Origin: Pavona decussata
Taxonomy: Eukaryota
Assembly (NCBI GenBank): GCA_977016875.1
Contig: CDRNST010000323.1
Location: 1,674,001-1,738,000, forward strand
Direction of reading: 5' to 3'
DNA length: 64,000 nt
In this document: positions 63,419-64,000 of the stretch, one piece after another
Position numbering within the stretch: the stretch's first letter is position 1
How the letters are laid out: each line of letters opens with the position of its first letter
Position numbers and translations under genes: made by a program
The notes under the pieces: generated by a model
Told to the model about the DNA's origin: nothing
Seen by the model: the letters and a program-made list of their open reading frames with translations, nothing else
Databases searched by the model: none

Positions 63419-63717
63419 TATTATTATTAATTCCTGAAGTACATACATGTGTTAGGTTTCGTATAGGACTTTACTTGAACAAATTGGAAGAAAGACCAAG
63501 TAACGTAAGGTTGAAAGGTTGACAATAAAATGAATGTCCACTTTACCTGATGGTGTAAACACATCAATAGCATTAGGTGACAAGGTCGGCACTTGGGTGT
63601 TGCAGTTGCTGCCAGTGCAGCAGTCAATCTCACATTGCAGGAGGTTGATTACAGGATCTTTACCATCATCTTCTCCTTTAAGAAAGCCACCAAAGGCAAA
63701 ACACGCGTCCTTTCTAC
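60756..63717 (-). CDS. 3' part of a GPI-anchored protein with tandem Ly6/uPAR (three-finger)-like domains (exons 63717-63547, 62399-62202, 61886-61758, 60841-60756); 5' exons outside the window
   Basis: All introns are phase-1 GT-AG. Two homologous exons end CEI(D/E)CCTG(S/D)NCNT (LU-type CCxxxxCN). The last exon GSSSAAIWQGYHILPCALLVLATTMAKM* resembles an omega site plus hydrophobic GPI signal. Confidence 0.85.
61050..61250 (+). mobile_element. Degenerate tRNA-derived SINE in last intron of the LU-domain gene
   Basis: ggttaattcagttggt A-box-like, gggctcgaaatcc B-box-like, followed by non-tRNA body. Confidence 0.45.
62533..62725. mobile_element. Small MITE
   Basis: TIR ggaagtcggtttcccgatacgtccgcaaac / gtttgcagacgtctcgggaaaccgaattcc. 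Confidence 0.7.
63224..63336. repeat. Hairpin repeat sharing termini with 58720-58840
   Basis: taaaacaattatt..aataattgttaa with internal stem. Confidence 0.55.
63336..63428. repeat. (ATT)n microsatellite
   Basis: Direct reading. Confidence 0.98.
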
Positions 63718-64000
63718 CTGAAATAACCATTTTAAAAAGATGAATTCTAAAGGTGAGACGCAAAAGGAGGCACACTACAAATACCCAACCCAATCATAGT
63801 TGTTGTAGAAAAAAATAGGACTCCCACTACGTGGCAGTCCGATTTTGTAAATCACTTGTATGGTTGCCGACCGAATTGGACTTCACTCAGTCCTATCATT
63901 ATTATAAATTACCATAATTAAACAAACATCAGCCATAAAAGCAGCAGACAAAAAACGTACCAAACATTAGGAGGTAAACATAAACCCCATCTAGACTGGT

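Overview
AT-rich eukaryotic (metazoan) genomic DNA. Short GT-AG introns and the repeat families suggest a cnidarian, probably a stony coral (inference). Three protein-coding genes are supported. (1) A complete 7-exon + strand gene (32645-40794, 597 aa by my manual splicing) encodes signal peptide - C-type lectin - Sushi/CCP - Ca-binding EGF - ZP domain - furin sites - TM - short tail. (2) A single-coding-exon class A GPCR lies on the - strand (49626-50687). (3) The last four exons of a - strand GPI-anchored protein with tandem Ly6/uPAR-like cysteine-rich domains span 60756-63717; its 5' end lies outside the window. The first ~28.7 kb is a diverged tandem segmental duplication (~938-18648 vs ~18894-28721). 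Each copy carries a ~0.9-1 kb tandem array (7 vs 4 units) whose unit looks like four decayed exons separated by four short GT-AG introns. The rest is dense with TE relics: RTE and CR1/L2 LINE fragments, DIRS/Ngaro, Penelope fragments with hammerhead cores, tRNA-SINEs, and many nested MITEs/foldbacks. One foldback inserted without a TSD, and two of its arms bracket the GPCR. There is one 288-N gap. No CRISPR, rRNA or true tRNA gene was seen.
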